Below, one piece after another: positions 41,650 through 51,757 of a stretch of 64,000 bases of DNA. The stretch comes from a virus. Lineage: Duplodnaviria > Caudoviricetes. Where the stretch lies: positions 1 through 64,000 of IMG/VR virus record IMGVR_UViG_2713896764_000001. One strand, given 5' to 3'. The stretch's first letter is position 1. Each line of letters opens with the position of its first letter. The notes beneath the pieces were generated by a model, which did not search any database, was not told the origin of the DNA, and saw nothing but the letters and a program-made list of their open reading frames with translations. The position numbers and the translations under genes are program-made.

Positions 41650-42277
41650 GAACTTCTACGGCTACACGCTCCTTGTATAGCTTCGTAATGGTGATATCCG
41701 GCTTAATGCTTGAATGCAGGTCGCTATGCGTTGTTGCGACAAGTAATGTCGCCCCCGCGTTCCTAGCAGCACGTTGCAGGGAGTTGGAAATACACATAGC
41801 GGTTGTTCGGTCCAATACCGCACCAAACTCATCGGCAACCCAAACTTGGGCGCCTGACTCGACTAATTTGGCAATGCGCAGTCGGTAGCGCTGACCATCA
41901 GACAACTCACTCGGCTTACGGATGAAGAGATAGGCGTCATTCAGCCCTGCCACATTCATCAGCCCAAGCCCTTCGGTTGTTGTTTTGCCAATCTGGTCAA
42001 TGAGGGTTTTGTCGTGGTCTAAAACCACATCATCAATCGTTTTGACCGACAGGTGCTTTGCCATTTGTGCCGCCAGCTCTCTTAGAATGACGGACTTGCC
42101 AGAACCACTTTGACCGGTGATGTAAACGACATCGCCTTGATTGATTTCCAATTTCAAGTTGTCGTAAATCGTCCATGCCTCGTCCTCAATGCCTAAGCCA
42201 AATGACTCCGCAACTTCCATGACTCGCGGTGTTCGCTCCACCTTCGAGTTGAATGACTTATTGATCACGTATTCCAT
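41627..42277 (-). CDS. ABC-type ATPase (soluble)
   Basis: GQSGSGKS, LSDGQ signature, ADEF, ATTH; no permease nearby. Confidence 0.88.
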   Translation of the reverse strand: MEYVINKSFNSKVERTPRVMEVAESFGLGIEDEAWTIYDNLKLEINQGDVVYITGQSGSGKSVILRELAAQMAKHLSVKTIDDVVLDHDKTLIDQIGKTTTEGLGLMNVAGLNDAYLFIRKPSELSDGQRYRLRIAKLVESGAQVWVADEFGAVLDRTTAMCISNSLQRAARNAGATLLVATTHSDLHSSIKPDITITKLYKERVAVEVHGESKNE

Positions 42278-42291
42278 TGCCAGTCACCTCG

Positions 42292-43059
42292 TTAAGAAAT
42301 CAGCATTGATTCCAGCTCTTCGAGGTCGCTGGATACGTGCGGATCTGGCGTTTCGCTGAAATCCATCACCTCTTCGGCTTTAGCCAGGTCGCGTTTGGCG
42401 TATTCGACAAGAGCGGCAGCTCCCGATCGTCCGGTCAGCTCTTCCATCATGGCAACCCAACGAATGATTGTGCGCCCGTCCTTCATCGGCACTTCGCGGA
42501 AGCCAAAGGCATCTGAAATTTTCAGTTTGGACTCGGCAATTTCCTCACCGATTTCTTCGTTCTCTTCTGCAATGCGGCTTGCCTCCATCGAAACGTCCGA
42601 AATCAGCATTTCCTCGCCCAAATCACTGGAAAGCAGGTCTTCGGTCATCATTTGCAGCTCTTTGTCGTCAAACCCAAATAGGTTTTCAGAGCTATCCGCC
42701 GACAGAATCTCGTTGATCTCTTCTTCCAGCAGCTCCATATCATAATCGGTAGAGGCCAGCCGGTTATCTTCAAGACGTTTGGCGGCAACTTCTGTATCGG
42801 TCAGATCACTACGGATAATTACCGGAATTTCACTCAGTCCTGCGAAAATTGCAGCTTCGGTTCGCCCGTGGCCGGTAATAATGACCATGTCTTTATCGAC
42901 CGTAACCGGCTGGTCGAATCCACGCTTAACAATTGCGGCAGACAACGCTTCAATCTGTTTTTTGTTATGGATTTTGGCGTTTTTTTCGTAAGGAATGAGT
43001 GTTTTGGGGTCTAGATAGACAACCTCAAGCTGTAAATCCTTCATCAGCTCGCTCTCCAT
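42292..43059 (-). CDS. ParB/Srx N-terminal domain protein
   Basis: PYEKNAKIH, GFDQP, IITGHGR, LEDNR. Confidence 0.85.
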   Translation of the reverse strand: MESELMKDLQLEVVYLDPKTLIPYEKNAKIHNKKQIEALSAAIVKRGFDQPVTVDKDMVIITGHGRTEAAIFAGLSEIPVIIRSDLTDTEVAAKRLEDNRLASTDYDMELLEEEINEILSADSSENLFGFDDKELQMMTEDLLSSDLGEEMLISDVSMEASRIAEENEEIGEEIAESKLKISDAFGFREVPMKDGRTIIRWVAMMEELTGRSGAAALVEYAKRDLAKAEEVMDFSETPDPHVSSDLEELESMLIS

Positions 43060-43724
43060 TGCTCAATGATGTATGCAAGTGCTTCCCCTGCATCTTCCAT
43101 GTCATTGCCCGTCTTGATGCCTTGCGATTTCACCACAGCACTGATGGCATCACGCACTGCACCTGCATATTCGTTTGGCACTTTAAAGCGCATCATCTGT
43201 CCCGAAGCGACCGATTCCTGATCTAGCTTCTCCATTGTGCGTTCAATCTCTTCTTCCCGCTCTGAATCGTCATCCAGACCATCAAAGATCGAGTCATCCA
43301 ATGCTGCCGAACTGATTGCGATATCCAAATCTGAGCTGATTAGTGCGATTTCCGACATAGAAACATCAAATACCGCGTCAATTTCTTCAATCAGGCGAGC
43401 CAGTGCCAGCTCATCGTCTTCGCCATAACGCTCGTTGTCCAAAACCCCGATTCGTTTGGCTTCGGCTTCGGAGATTTCGCCCAAATCAGCAATGTCGATC
43501 TCATCCCAGCCAAGAACCATCGCAGCTTTCCAGCGATGTTCTCCGCCGATAATCTCGAACTCGTCTCCAAGTCGTCGAACTACTACGGGCTTGAAGGAAC
43601 CGACTTCCTCAATCGAGCGCACCAGCTTGTCGAAATCTGGCGGCGACATTGAGTTAGTGTTCCAAGTGTTTGGCCTAAGACTGTTCACACTTACACGCCG
43701 GAAGGTGATGGTGTTTTTTGCCAT
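43044..43724 (-). CDS. ParB/Srx N-terminal domain protein
   Basis: PNTWNTN, EIIGGEHRWKAA. Confidence 0.85.
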   Translation of the reverse strand: MAKNTITFRRVSVNSLRPNTWNTNSMSPPDFDKLVRSIEEVGSFKPVVVRRLGDEFEIIGGEHRWKAAMVLGWDEIDIADLGEISEAEAKRIGVLDNERYGEDDELALARLIEEIDAVFDVSMSEIALISSDLDIAISSAALDDSIFDGLDDDSEREEEIERTMEKLDQESVASGQMMRFKVPNEYAGAVRDAISAVVKSQGIKTGNDMEDAGEALAYIIEQWRAS

Positions 43725-43771
43725 TTTTCTCAGTTTTCTAACTTTTTTTACTTATAAACTTTTGCTTAAAA

Positions 43772-43789
43772 TAAGTCACTAATTACTTA
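43772..43789. promoter_or_regulatory. 18-bp palindromic operator between divergent operons
   Basis: TAAGTCA-CTAA-TTACTTA; one of about 24 copies. Confidence 0.7.
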
Positions 43790-43838
43790 TCAATCGTAGA
43801 TTATGTGCCTTTCGTAGTTTTCAGGCAAGGAGTAAGAT

Positions 43839-45431
43839 TTGAAAACTGTCGCTATCATCCGCAACGCTGTTACTGCGCAGCTCGTCAATGCTGACCGAGA
43901 CGCAAAACAGATCGTTCAAAAAGCCCTTAGCTACGTAGTTGAGGGGGCAAAGTATTCCTCTACTGGCTGGGATGGAACGTCTACGTTCTTTGATTGGGGA
44001 ACGTGCAAATTCCCTGCTGGCTTCACCAATGCCATCGCAACCCGTCTAAAGAAGAGCGGCTACAAGGTCATCACCAAGCGCAAAGAAATGGTTAAGCCGC
44101 TTGGAAAGCCAAATCCGGTGGTTAACGCATTCCCACCTAACCCGTTCTACGCATATCAAGATCTGACCGTTGAGCGTTTGGTTGAAATGGGCGGTATGGT
44201 GGCTCAAGTGGCAACCGGTGGTGGTAAGTCGGTTATTGCCTGCAAAGCACTGGCGCGTATCAACCGACAGACACTCTTCATCACGACTCGCGGTGTGCTG
44301 ATGCACCAGATGGCCGGCAACTTCGAAAAATCTCTTGAATACCGCAAGTCCATTGGTGAGTTACCTGCGGGTGCTTTCGTCGGCATCTTGGGTGATGGTG
44401 AATTTACCATGTCCAAGTATGTGAACGTGGCTACCGTCCAGACACTAGCCAAGGCACTTGAAGATCCAAAGGCGGATTGGGATTCGGCGAAGAAGAAAAA
44501 GCACCTGGCTAAACGTAAGGTCGTGCTCGATATGCTTGAGCGCACCTCTCTGCTGATCCTCGAAGAAGCCCATGAATCATCCGGCGGCCAATTCTATGCC
44601 ATCGCAAATGCCTGTAAGAACGCAGATTACCGGCTTGCCCTGACTGCTACGCCATTCATGAAAGACAGCGCAGAGGCAAACATGCGCTTAATGGCCGTGT
44701 CCGGAAGTATCGGCATCAAGGTAACAGAAGAGTTCCTGATTAATGCCGGTATTCTGGCTCGCCCTTACTTCAAATACATTGAATGCACTCATCTACACGA
44801 CAGAGAGCGCTTTGATGCGAAGCCCGAACTTGCCAAGAAATACCCTAACACCAACTTGTCTTGGGGCGCTCCATATCAGAGAGCATACACACTTGGCGTT
44901 ACCTACAACTTCCAGCGCAACCGACTGATCGTAGCGCAAGCCAAAGAGTTCAAGGACTACGGGCTAAGCACGATGCTGCTGATTAAGCACAAAGACCACG
45001 GGCGTATCTTGTCTGAAATGATGAGCGCACTTGGCATCAAGGTTGAGTTCATCTTCGGCGACTCGAACCAAAGTAAGCGTGAAGCGGCACTGAAGAAGCT
45101 GGCAACTCGCAAAATTGACGTGCTTATCGGCTCGACCATCTTGGACGTAGGCGTTGACGTTCCGGCTGTAGGCGCAGTTATTCTTGCCGGTTCGGGTAAG
45201 GCAGAAGTAGAGCTTCGCCAGCGTATCGGTCGAGGTTTACGCGCCAAGAAAGATGCCGCGAACATCTGTTTTGTCGTGGACTTCATCGACAAGTGCAACA
45301 AGCACCTCTACAAACACTCGGAAGAGCGCCGTGCCATTGTCCACTCCACTAAGGGCTTCGCAGAGGGCATTCTTCCGCAAGGGACCAACTTCGACTACAG
45401 CCTGCTAAAACAGAGCCATAAGGTTGCGTGA
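43839..45431 (+). CDS. SF2 (DEAD/DEAH-like) helicase
   Basis: ATGGGKS, LEEAH, LTATP, LDVGVDVP, QRIGRGLR. Confidence 0.92.
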   Translation: MKTVAIIRNAVTAQLVNADRDAKQIVQKALSYVVEGAKYSSTGWDGTSTFFDWGTCKFPAGFTNAIATRLKKSGYKVITKRKEMVKPLGKPNPVVNAFPPNPFYAYQDLTVERLVEMGGMVAQVATGGGKSVIACKALARINRQTLFITTRGVLMHQMAGNFEKSLEYRKSIGELPAGAFVGILGDGEFTMSKYVNVATVQTLAKALEDPKADWDSAKKKKHLAKRKVVLDMLERTSLLILEEAHESSGGQFYAIANACKNADYRLALTATPFMKDSAEANMRLMAVSGSIGIKVTEEFLINAGILARPYFKYIECTHLHDRERFDAKPELAKKYPNTNLSWGAPYQRAYTLGVTYNFQRNRLIVAQAKEFKDYGLSTMLLIKHKDHGRILSEMMSALGIKVEFIFGDSNQSKREAALKKLATRKIDVLIGSTILDVGVDVPAVGAVILAGSGKAEVELRQRIGRGLRAKKDAANICFVVDFIDKCNKHLYKHSEERRAIVHSTKGFAEGILPQGTNFDYSLLKQSHKVA

Positions 45432-45709
45432 TGAGCGAAAAGAGTTTTGTGAATATCAACGTGAAGGTAAGCAACCAGGCTGTAGCGAACCTACGAAGCG
45501 CCATGAAGCAGTCAAAGACCAAGAATGGTGTGAAGCTGGACAGAGGGGCTGTGGTGTCTGCTGCGCTTGAGAGTTTTACGCAAGACCAGTGGGAGAAAGT
45601 TTTACAGCCATTGGTCGAGCAAGCTCTAAGGTTTCGAGAGCTTGAGAGCCTGATAAAACAAGGCAAGCACGTATCACCAGAAGATATTCAGAGCCTTTTC
45701 ATGGGCTGA
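45428..45709 (+). CDS. hypothetical protein, possible ribbon-helix-helix
   Basis: coupled to the helicase, followed by a terminator. Confidence 0.7.
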   Translation: MMSEKSFVNINVKVSNQAVANLRSAMKQSKTKNGVKLDRGAVVSAALESFTQDQWEKVLQPLVEQALRFRELESLIKQGKHVSPEDIQSLFMG

Positions 45710-45712
45710 GAC

Positions 45713-45736
45713 AAGGGGCGGAAGCCCCTTTCTTTT
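45713..45736 (+). terminator. intrinsic terminator
   Basis: AAGGGGC-GGAA-GCCCCTT followed by T-rich tail. Confidence 0.85.
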
Positions 45737-46299
45737 GCCCGTTTCATGGCTCAGAGCTATAAGGCTGCCCCACTTTTCAAATCGGTAATATTTTGGTGTC
45801 CACTTTTAGGGACGGCGAGCTATAAGGTCAGTGGAATTTCAGGGGGTCGGCTGGTGTCAGTTGGTCACTTTGGGTCAATTGGGTCAGGCTGGGTCTATAG
45901 GCTAAACAAGATACAGAGGCTCTACTGTCCCTAAATGTTATTGGGTCTATACAAGGGCTATAAGGTTAGTGGGCAAAAACAGGGATTTCTGCCGAGGCAA
46001 TGCTTTCCAACCAACTCGTTTTTTTCTAAGACTTCCGTTCTTTCAGTCAAAAATAAATCACGCTCAAATCGCACCAGAATCGCAGCCAGAAAGCGACAAA
46101 GGATTAAAGCCATGCGCTCGCACCACTAACAAGGAAAAGCGCTGAGAATGGCATACAGAAAGGATTTTAAAGAGGATGAAAAACGCGTAAAAAAAATCCG
46201 CCACTCGGGCGGATCTTGTGTTTTTGAAACTGGCAATTTTTCTTGTTGTGGTAGTGGCGTATTTTCGCCACCACATTTAATAAGTCACCGGTGACTAAT

Positions 46300-47028
46300 T
46301 TACTGAGCGTTAACAAAAACACTTAGTGACTCAAATTTGCTGCTAAGCAGTTGAAGCAATTTTGAATTTTCAGCCAGTTGCACTGTTCCGCTATCATTTG
46401 AAAGTTTCGCCTTGCTAGTCACTTCGAAGGCGCCCAATTTAACAAGCATTGACAGAATCATTTGAGACTGGCGATTAGTCTTTTCGCGTTTAGCATTCAA
46501 TTCCACTTCGCACAATTCCGGATTTGCTTTGCGCCATGCTTCAACCTTAACGTCGCTGTAAAATTCGCGGAATTGTTTCACTGTAAAGCTATATGTTCCC
46601 ATTTCTTCAATCAGTTTAAACGGAATGATTACATTAGTTTCAGTTGAGCGCGCTACTGTATATTCGAAATTCTTTTGTCCGAAGATAAACGCCAGTTTTT
46701 CTAGTGAATACATATCAGCGCAAATATCCGCTAGATTCAGTTGGTTTTCTTTTTGCATTTGATAGTTTGCGCTTGCTGCTTTCTGATCGTTTTCTACCAT
46801 TGCAAGGAATTGAGAAACATATCGGGCGCGTTTCTTTTCCGTGCGGATAGTTGCTGTTAGATCTTTTTCACGCTGTTTGTCGTTTGTTTCCGCTAGTGCT
46901 TTTTCCAGCTCTTCAACTTTGCTATCAATGACAGCTTGAATGTTTTTCACGTTTTGGACAGCATCAGCTTTAGATTTTACGTTTACAGTTTCAGCGTTAG
47001 CGATGTAAGATACAGTTGATTTAGCCAT
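46300..47028 (-). CDS. hypothetical coiled-coil + winged-helix protein (candidate regulator)
   Basis: 242 aa, AAGGA RBS, own promoter, downstream terminator. Confidence 0.75.
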   Translation of the reverse strand: MAKSTVSYIANAETVNVKSKADAVQNVKNIQAVIDSKVEELEKALAETNDKQREKDLTATIRTEKKRARYVSQFLAMVENDQKAASANYQMQKENQLNLADICADMYSLEKLAFIFGQKNFEYTVARSTETNVIIPFKLIEEMGTYSFTVKQFREFYSDVKVEAWRKANPELCEVELNAKREKTNRQSQMILSMLVKLGAFEVTSKAKLSNDSGTVQLAENSKLLQLLSSKFESLSVFVNAQ

Positions 47029-47113
47029 GATAGTTATTCCTTAATTACTGGTTACCTGATACTTGGTTAACTCATCGAAACTTTGGATTGGTGTCTCTCG
47101 TTTCGATGTGGCA

Positions 47114-47142
47114 ATTATGGAACTTTCGAGCAAAACCAGCAA
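47114..47142 (-). promoter_or_regulatory. sigma70-like promoter
   Basis: TTGCTG-N17-CATAAT upstream of 47028. Confidence 0.6.
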
Positions 47143-47464
47143 GTGTTTTTTTCGGAATTTTTCGGCTTTAATGCTTTTTGTGACCTACTGCGTAATTTAT
47201 TAATTAAGTAGGCTTGATTGGCTAAATCATATTCAAACCTGCAATTCTGGTTATTGATTTTTCTTTATTTCTTGGTTATTCGCGTCACGCGATCTATATA
47301 CCAGCGGAAAAAGTCGGCTTTATTGCTCAAGCCTGCCGGACGGTGTCAACCTTCCCTGAAATAAAACCTTCTGAAAACTCCGGTAAGCCTTCCCTTATAT
47401 TTTTTTACCCCCTAATTTGTCTGCGAATACAAATTTCCCTAACTCTGCACTATTCGCCCTGCCC

Positions 47465-47510
47465 CCTTTCCCTAATTTTTGCGGCTGGACACCGGAAATT
47501 GAAATACCTG
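47465..47510 (+). repeat. 46-bp direct repeat, copy 1
   Basis: 39/46 identical to 50591-50636. Confidence 0.75.
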
Positions 47511-47670
47511 AGTTTACGTCCCGCGAGGTGTTTGGAGCCGGAGTTGCTGTTTTGAGGCTGGAAGTGCCGCGAGGTGGTCTGATTGGTTATTTAGACGAGA
47601 GTTAGCCAGGTTAAATGTGTTGCCCTTGGAATATGGCCTTGCGGTATGTTGCGGGCAAAAGAAAGGGAGC

Positions 47671-48075
47671 TTACTGCTCCCCGAATACTTCTCTTAGGAT
47701 TTTGGCAACGGTTCTCTTGGTGCCTTTGATGTTCACGACATATGGCTTCCCGTCCTTCATGGACGCCTTCTTTGGTCGGATGGTGACGCAGTCGCCTTTA
47801 TTGCTTAGGAAATATTTGCCGTTGAACTCCGGAACCTCTTTCCAGACAACTTTGCCATCGGCTTGCTCTTGAGTCGTAAACAACTCATCGACAAAGGTAT
47901 TGGACTGTCGCTTCCACTTGCTGCCGTCTTCTCTGATAAGCGTGAAGTGGTAGTAATCACCGTTGCTGGCTCTGGTCTTCTTTAGCGACCGCAGCTCCCT
48001 GATTTCTCCGTCCTCGTTAATCTGATATCCCTCGAACTCCGGAATATCACGCCATTCTTGATAATCGCCTTTCAT
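47671..48075 (-). CDS. NUMOD4-repeat protein without HNH domain
   Basis: EWRDIPEFEGYQINEDG and VWKEVPEFNGKYFLSNKG. Confidence 0.75.
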   Translation of the reverse strand: MKGDYQEWRDIPEFEGYQINEDGEIRELRSLKKTRASNGDYYHFTLIREDGSKWKRQSNTFVDELFTTQEQADGKVVWKEVPEFNGKYFLSNKGDCVTIRPKKASMKDGKPYVVNIKGTKRTVAKILREVFGEQ

Positions 48076-48510
48076 ACGTCAGTATCTTTATTTTTTGGTT
48101 AGCGTGGCGGAATTGTATGTCTGAGAGCTTATCGAAGCAATGCCAGCACCTTCGCCTAATTTGTCTGTTGCCTGAAGGAAAAGGCAGAAAAGACAGTGCT
48201 AAATCAGTCAGGTCAAATAGACAAAAGGATCGGCGAAGAAGTTTTATCTCCTTGCCGATCCCCTGTCATGGCAGTGGCAGCATTACAATAGAGAAACGGG
48301 TGGCTTCCCTTTCGGTAAGAGAAGCAATGAAAAAGTGCTTACCTTGCACTCCACCGAGGAAGGAACTTAGCGAAGCTAACCGGAGAAACGCAACATCAAG
48401 CAAGGTAAGCAAAATGGGCGGCAGTCCGGCTCGGTGAGAGGACAAGTAACACCACCGAACTGCCTAATTCTATATATGGGAATAATTCCCGTAGTCCTCT
48501 TTACTGGCTG

Positions 48511-48861
48511 TCAGCCTTCAACGGTTTCCATTTCATCTAGCGCCGCAGTAAGCGTCGTAGGTGTCATGGAAAAGGTCGCTTTATCCATCCAGTAGTAACG
48601 GCCATCAGAGCCGCGCATAAGCTGTTTGTGCTGGAAGAACTGTAGCGGGTGAGCTGAGTAAGTCACCGCATCAGCTTTCTCCGTCGCTTTGCGCTTGCGT
48701 CGCAGTTGCTTACTGCGCTGCTTACGTTCACGCTCTAATGTCTTCGCCAGCAGCTTGTCAATGCGCTGCTCAGTGCGGATCTGTTCACGATCCGAATCAG
48801 TCATGTAAGCTAACTTATACTCAGAACGCTTACGTGCCTGTTCTTGTGTATATGCAAACAT
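48511..48861 (-). CDS. hypothetical protein
   Basis: 116 aa, GAGG RBS, 18-bp palindrome upstream. Confidence 0.7.
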   Translation of the reverse strand: MFAYTQEQARKRSEYKLAYMTDSDREQIRTEQRIDKLLAKTLERERKQRSKQLRRKRKATEKADAVTYSAHPLQFFQHKQLMRGSDGRYYWMDKATFSMTPTTLTAALDEMETVEG

Positions 48862-48983
48862 ATTTTTGTCCTCTCGCTTGCTGGATAAGGGGCAATGACC
48901 AAATCCCCCTGATAAGCCAGCGCTTACTATTCTGCATACTGAAAAAGTAAATGCAACACCAAAATTAACTAAGCGCTTACCTA

Positions 48984-49226
48984 TTAAGCGGCATTTAAAA
49001 ATTGGGATAGTTTCTCAGGTTGAATCCCCAAGGTGCGAACACAGGCTCTTTCGATAGCCGCAAGACTCGCTGTAGACAGATAAGCACCGCTCTTTGCCTT
49101 TTTGGACATAACTACCAGGTCAAAACGCTGAATGCCGTTTTCTGTGTTGTAGGTGGTCAGGCGTGCTTCAACGTTTCCGTCTTTGCAGAGCCCGATAACT
49201 TGAATTGTGTCTTTTGCGATTTGCAT
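48984..49226 (-). CDS. hypothetical protein
   Basis: 80 aa, GGAG RBS. Confidence 0.65.
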   Translation of the reverse strand: MQIAKDTIQVIGLCKDGNVEARLTTYNTENGIQRFDLVVMSKKAKSGAYLSTASLAAIERACVRTLGIQPEKLSQFLNAA

Positions 49227-50590
49227 TGTGTTCGCTCCGTGGTTCCGTTGATGTGCTCATTTTCGCGGACTTGGAGAGGCAAGGAAGTGGATTGCTGAGG
49301 GCTGTCTGATTTCGCTCGGCTGAGCTTTTCTTCTGTCTGTTTTGAGAGGTTTTGCTTTTGCCTTGGCTGTTTCTCTTTACTTGTTCTTCTGTTTGCTCTG
49401 TTTTGGCTTTTTTCAGGTAAAAGTGGTCTTTTGAGCGATATGTGATACCAGCAAGAAATCACAAAATCTACCCAAGACCAAAGCCAACCCTGAATTAGAG
49501 GTTTCTGGAGAAAAATTGCGAGCGAGCGCTTAATTTTTAACCAACACTCTTTCCGGTTATCCGGCACACAAGTTTTTGTCTTCTTGAAAAGCTGACTTAT
49601 CGCGGCATCGTTCTGCGCAGTGCCCTGTCCTATTCAAACAGGAAGCCGAACCAAGTGGCTGCGGCTTACTTATTAGGCGCACATTGCATGGTGTGTCAAA
49701 CCCCGTGACTAAGCGGATACCAACCCGCGCTTTATGGTCGATTTCTACAGTTTCTTTTGGCTACTTAGTGCCTATAGTGGCATCACATTAACCCGCGTTT
49801 CACTGGCAGTGGTCGTTCTTCGCCAGAACCCCGCTCGAAGGGCTTCGCTTTTCAAGAGTAGTGCAATTAGGTTTCTGACTGGTTGTGTTATCGGGGAGCC
49901 GTCACTAAGCTCAACGCCCAAAGGAACAAAGACTAGCTGCGGCACGTTCCAATGAGTTGCACTACATCACTAACCGCTTACTTATTTTACATCCACCATA
50001 TAGAACAAAACAATCATTTAGCAGCCAATACCTAAGCAACTGCTTATTTTTTATCTAGTGAAGTAAAACGCTGTAGAACGCGCTCAGAGACGATTTAAGA
50101 AAAAGTGGAGCCACCGTATTCCCCACACTCAAAAACACGCAGGGAAGCGATTCTAGAAAGTTTCTCGGGAGTTTCTTGCGGAAGTTTTTAAACACCCCGC
50201 CAATTTACCCATTCAGTCATTTCCCGAAAGGTAAATTAGCAGTTCATTCCCTACTAACAGGCCAAGCACCCTGCGGGAAGCTCAGCCCCTTGCGAGAGCA
50301 TCTATTTCACCGGAGCAGATGTGGGAAAATAACGTATCCAGAACAGACTACGGGAGGAAATTTATCGCCTATCGAAAGTTGGCTTTTGCCTAACGAAATT
50401 CATTGATTGCCGTGAAAGCTGCATGAGACGATCTGTATGTGCTCGGGAACGGACACTTGCGGGAACCACATTGCGCCATAGAAATCCGCGGCCATTCACA
50501 ACCCCTAATACCAGTTCGGGGAACTGTCCCTAATCGTAGTTCCCTCATCAATGAGGGCAGCAAGCCGTAACCGGCCATATACGACCTCAG

Positions 50591-50636
50591 CCTTTCCCTA
50601 ATTTTTCCGGCTGGAAACCCCGATTCGAAATACCTG
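50591..50636 (+). repeat. 46-bp direct repeat, copy 2
   Basis: matches 47465-47510. Confidence 0.75.
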
Positions 50637-51757
50637 GCTAATATCCGCAAACCAACGGCAATTCTCCCTGACAAAAACTCACCTAATGAGAGCTTCCCTT
50701 TCGGTCCATATCCGGAACGTCACCTTTCTCAAAATTTTCAGGCCAGACTTCCCGACTCCAAACGCCTGACGGCGGAGAACTTGATTAAGTCATTGAAAGG
50801 GAATTTGTGCGGCGCGCCTTCCGAAACCCACTCTCCCTCTCCCCCTTACACCAGCTTCTCCCTATATCGCTTCCTCTCTCTTCTCCCTGTCTCTTAATAG
50901 TTGCTCCTCTCTAATGGAATGACAGCTTTCTTCACTCCTTATCATGGAAGGTGAATATCTCTTCTCTACTGGTCTTTCATCACTCCTGCTTATCTACGGA
51001 CTATTGCTCTCTAATGGGATTTGGTATCCGCGATTCTCTTCTCTACTGCTTTCCCTTTATAGAGCGTTGAGAGTGATGTTCTATGGCTGAGTCCTTGTGT
51101 TTACTGGCGGGAGAAGTGATTAGAGCTTTCTTATTGAAGGTGTATAGCGTGTTGGGCTTATGTGGTTTGTTTAGTTTATTGGGCTTGGTGATGTTGTTTA
51201 ATGGGTGGGTATTTGGGGATGGCTTCCCGCTGGTAGGATCTTGCGGTTTTACGAATCGTTTAATGGATTACGTGTTTAGGGGTTGAGTTGTTTTTTTGTT
51301 TTATTCGGTTCTGTTTGGGTGGTTTTGGGCGATATAAGAATTGGGGTCAGGGGTTAATCAAAAAGTAAGTATTTTTTCTTATTTTTTATTGATAACTCTT
51401 TGAGTGGGTTTGATTCTGACTCTCTTTGGTAAAAACAAAGATAAGAAATTGATATTAAAGGCTTTTTGTGTTTATGAGATAGTTTTGCTACATACTTATA
51501 TCTTTGACTGGTGTGGGTATAGGTTTTTGACCGTAAATTGCAAACATTTGACCGGTTTTAATTACCTTCCACTTGGCTCACTCCAAAAGGCTTGGCATTT
51601 GGTGCTGAACGATAGTTATTTGATTGGCTGTCCGGTAAGTAAAGCAAAGCCTCGCTGTGTGCGAGGCTAAAATGTTTATGTTGCTCGCTCTGCAACAAGA
51701 CTTCGGGGCTGCTCTACACCGGTCCCGAAGCCTCCACCTGGCTATACTCCGCAACCT

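Noticed and set aside
41627-42277. ABC transporter
   Set aside because: No permease or binding protein nearby
42292-43724. ParB genes as the partner of parA
   Set aside because: parA is type Ib with its own small partner; these have only the ParB/Srx N-domain and sit with the ABC/GNAT genes
48117-48437. 106-aa + strand ORF
   Set aside because: Opposite to neighbours, no RBS; region better explained as structured non-coding sequence
49157-49567. 136-aa ORF
   Set aside because: Low-complexity sequence from strand skew, no clear RBS, overlaps a better ORF
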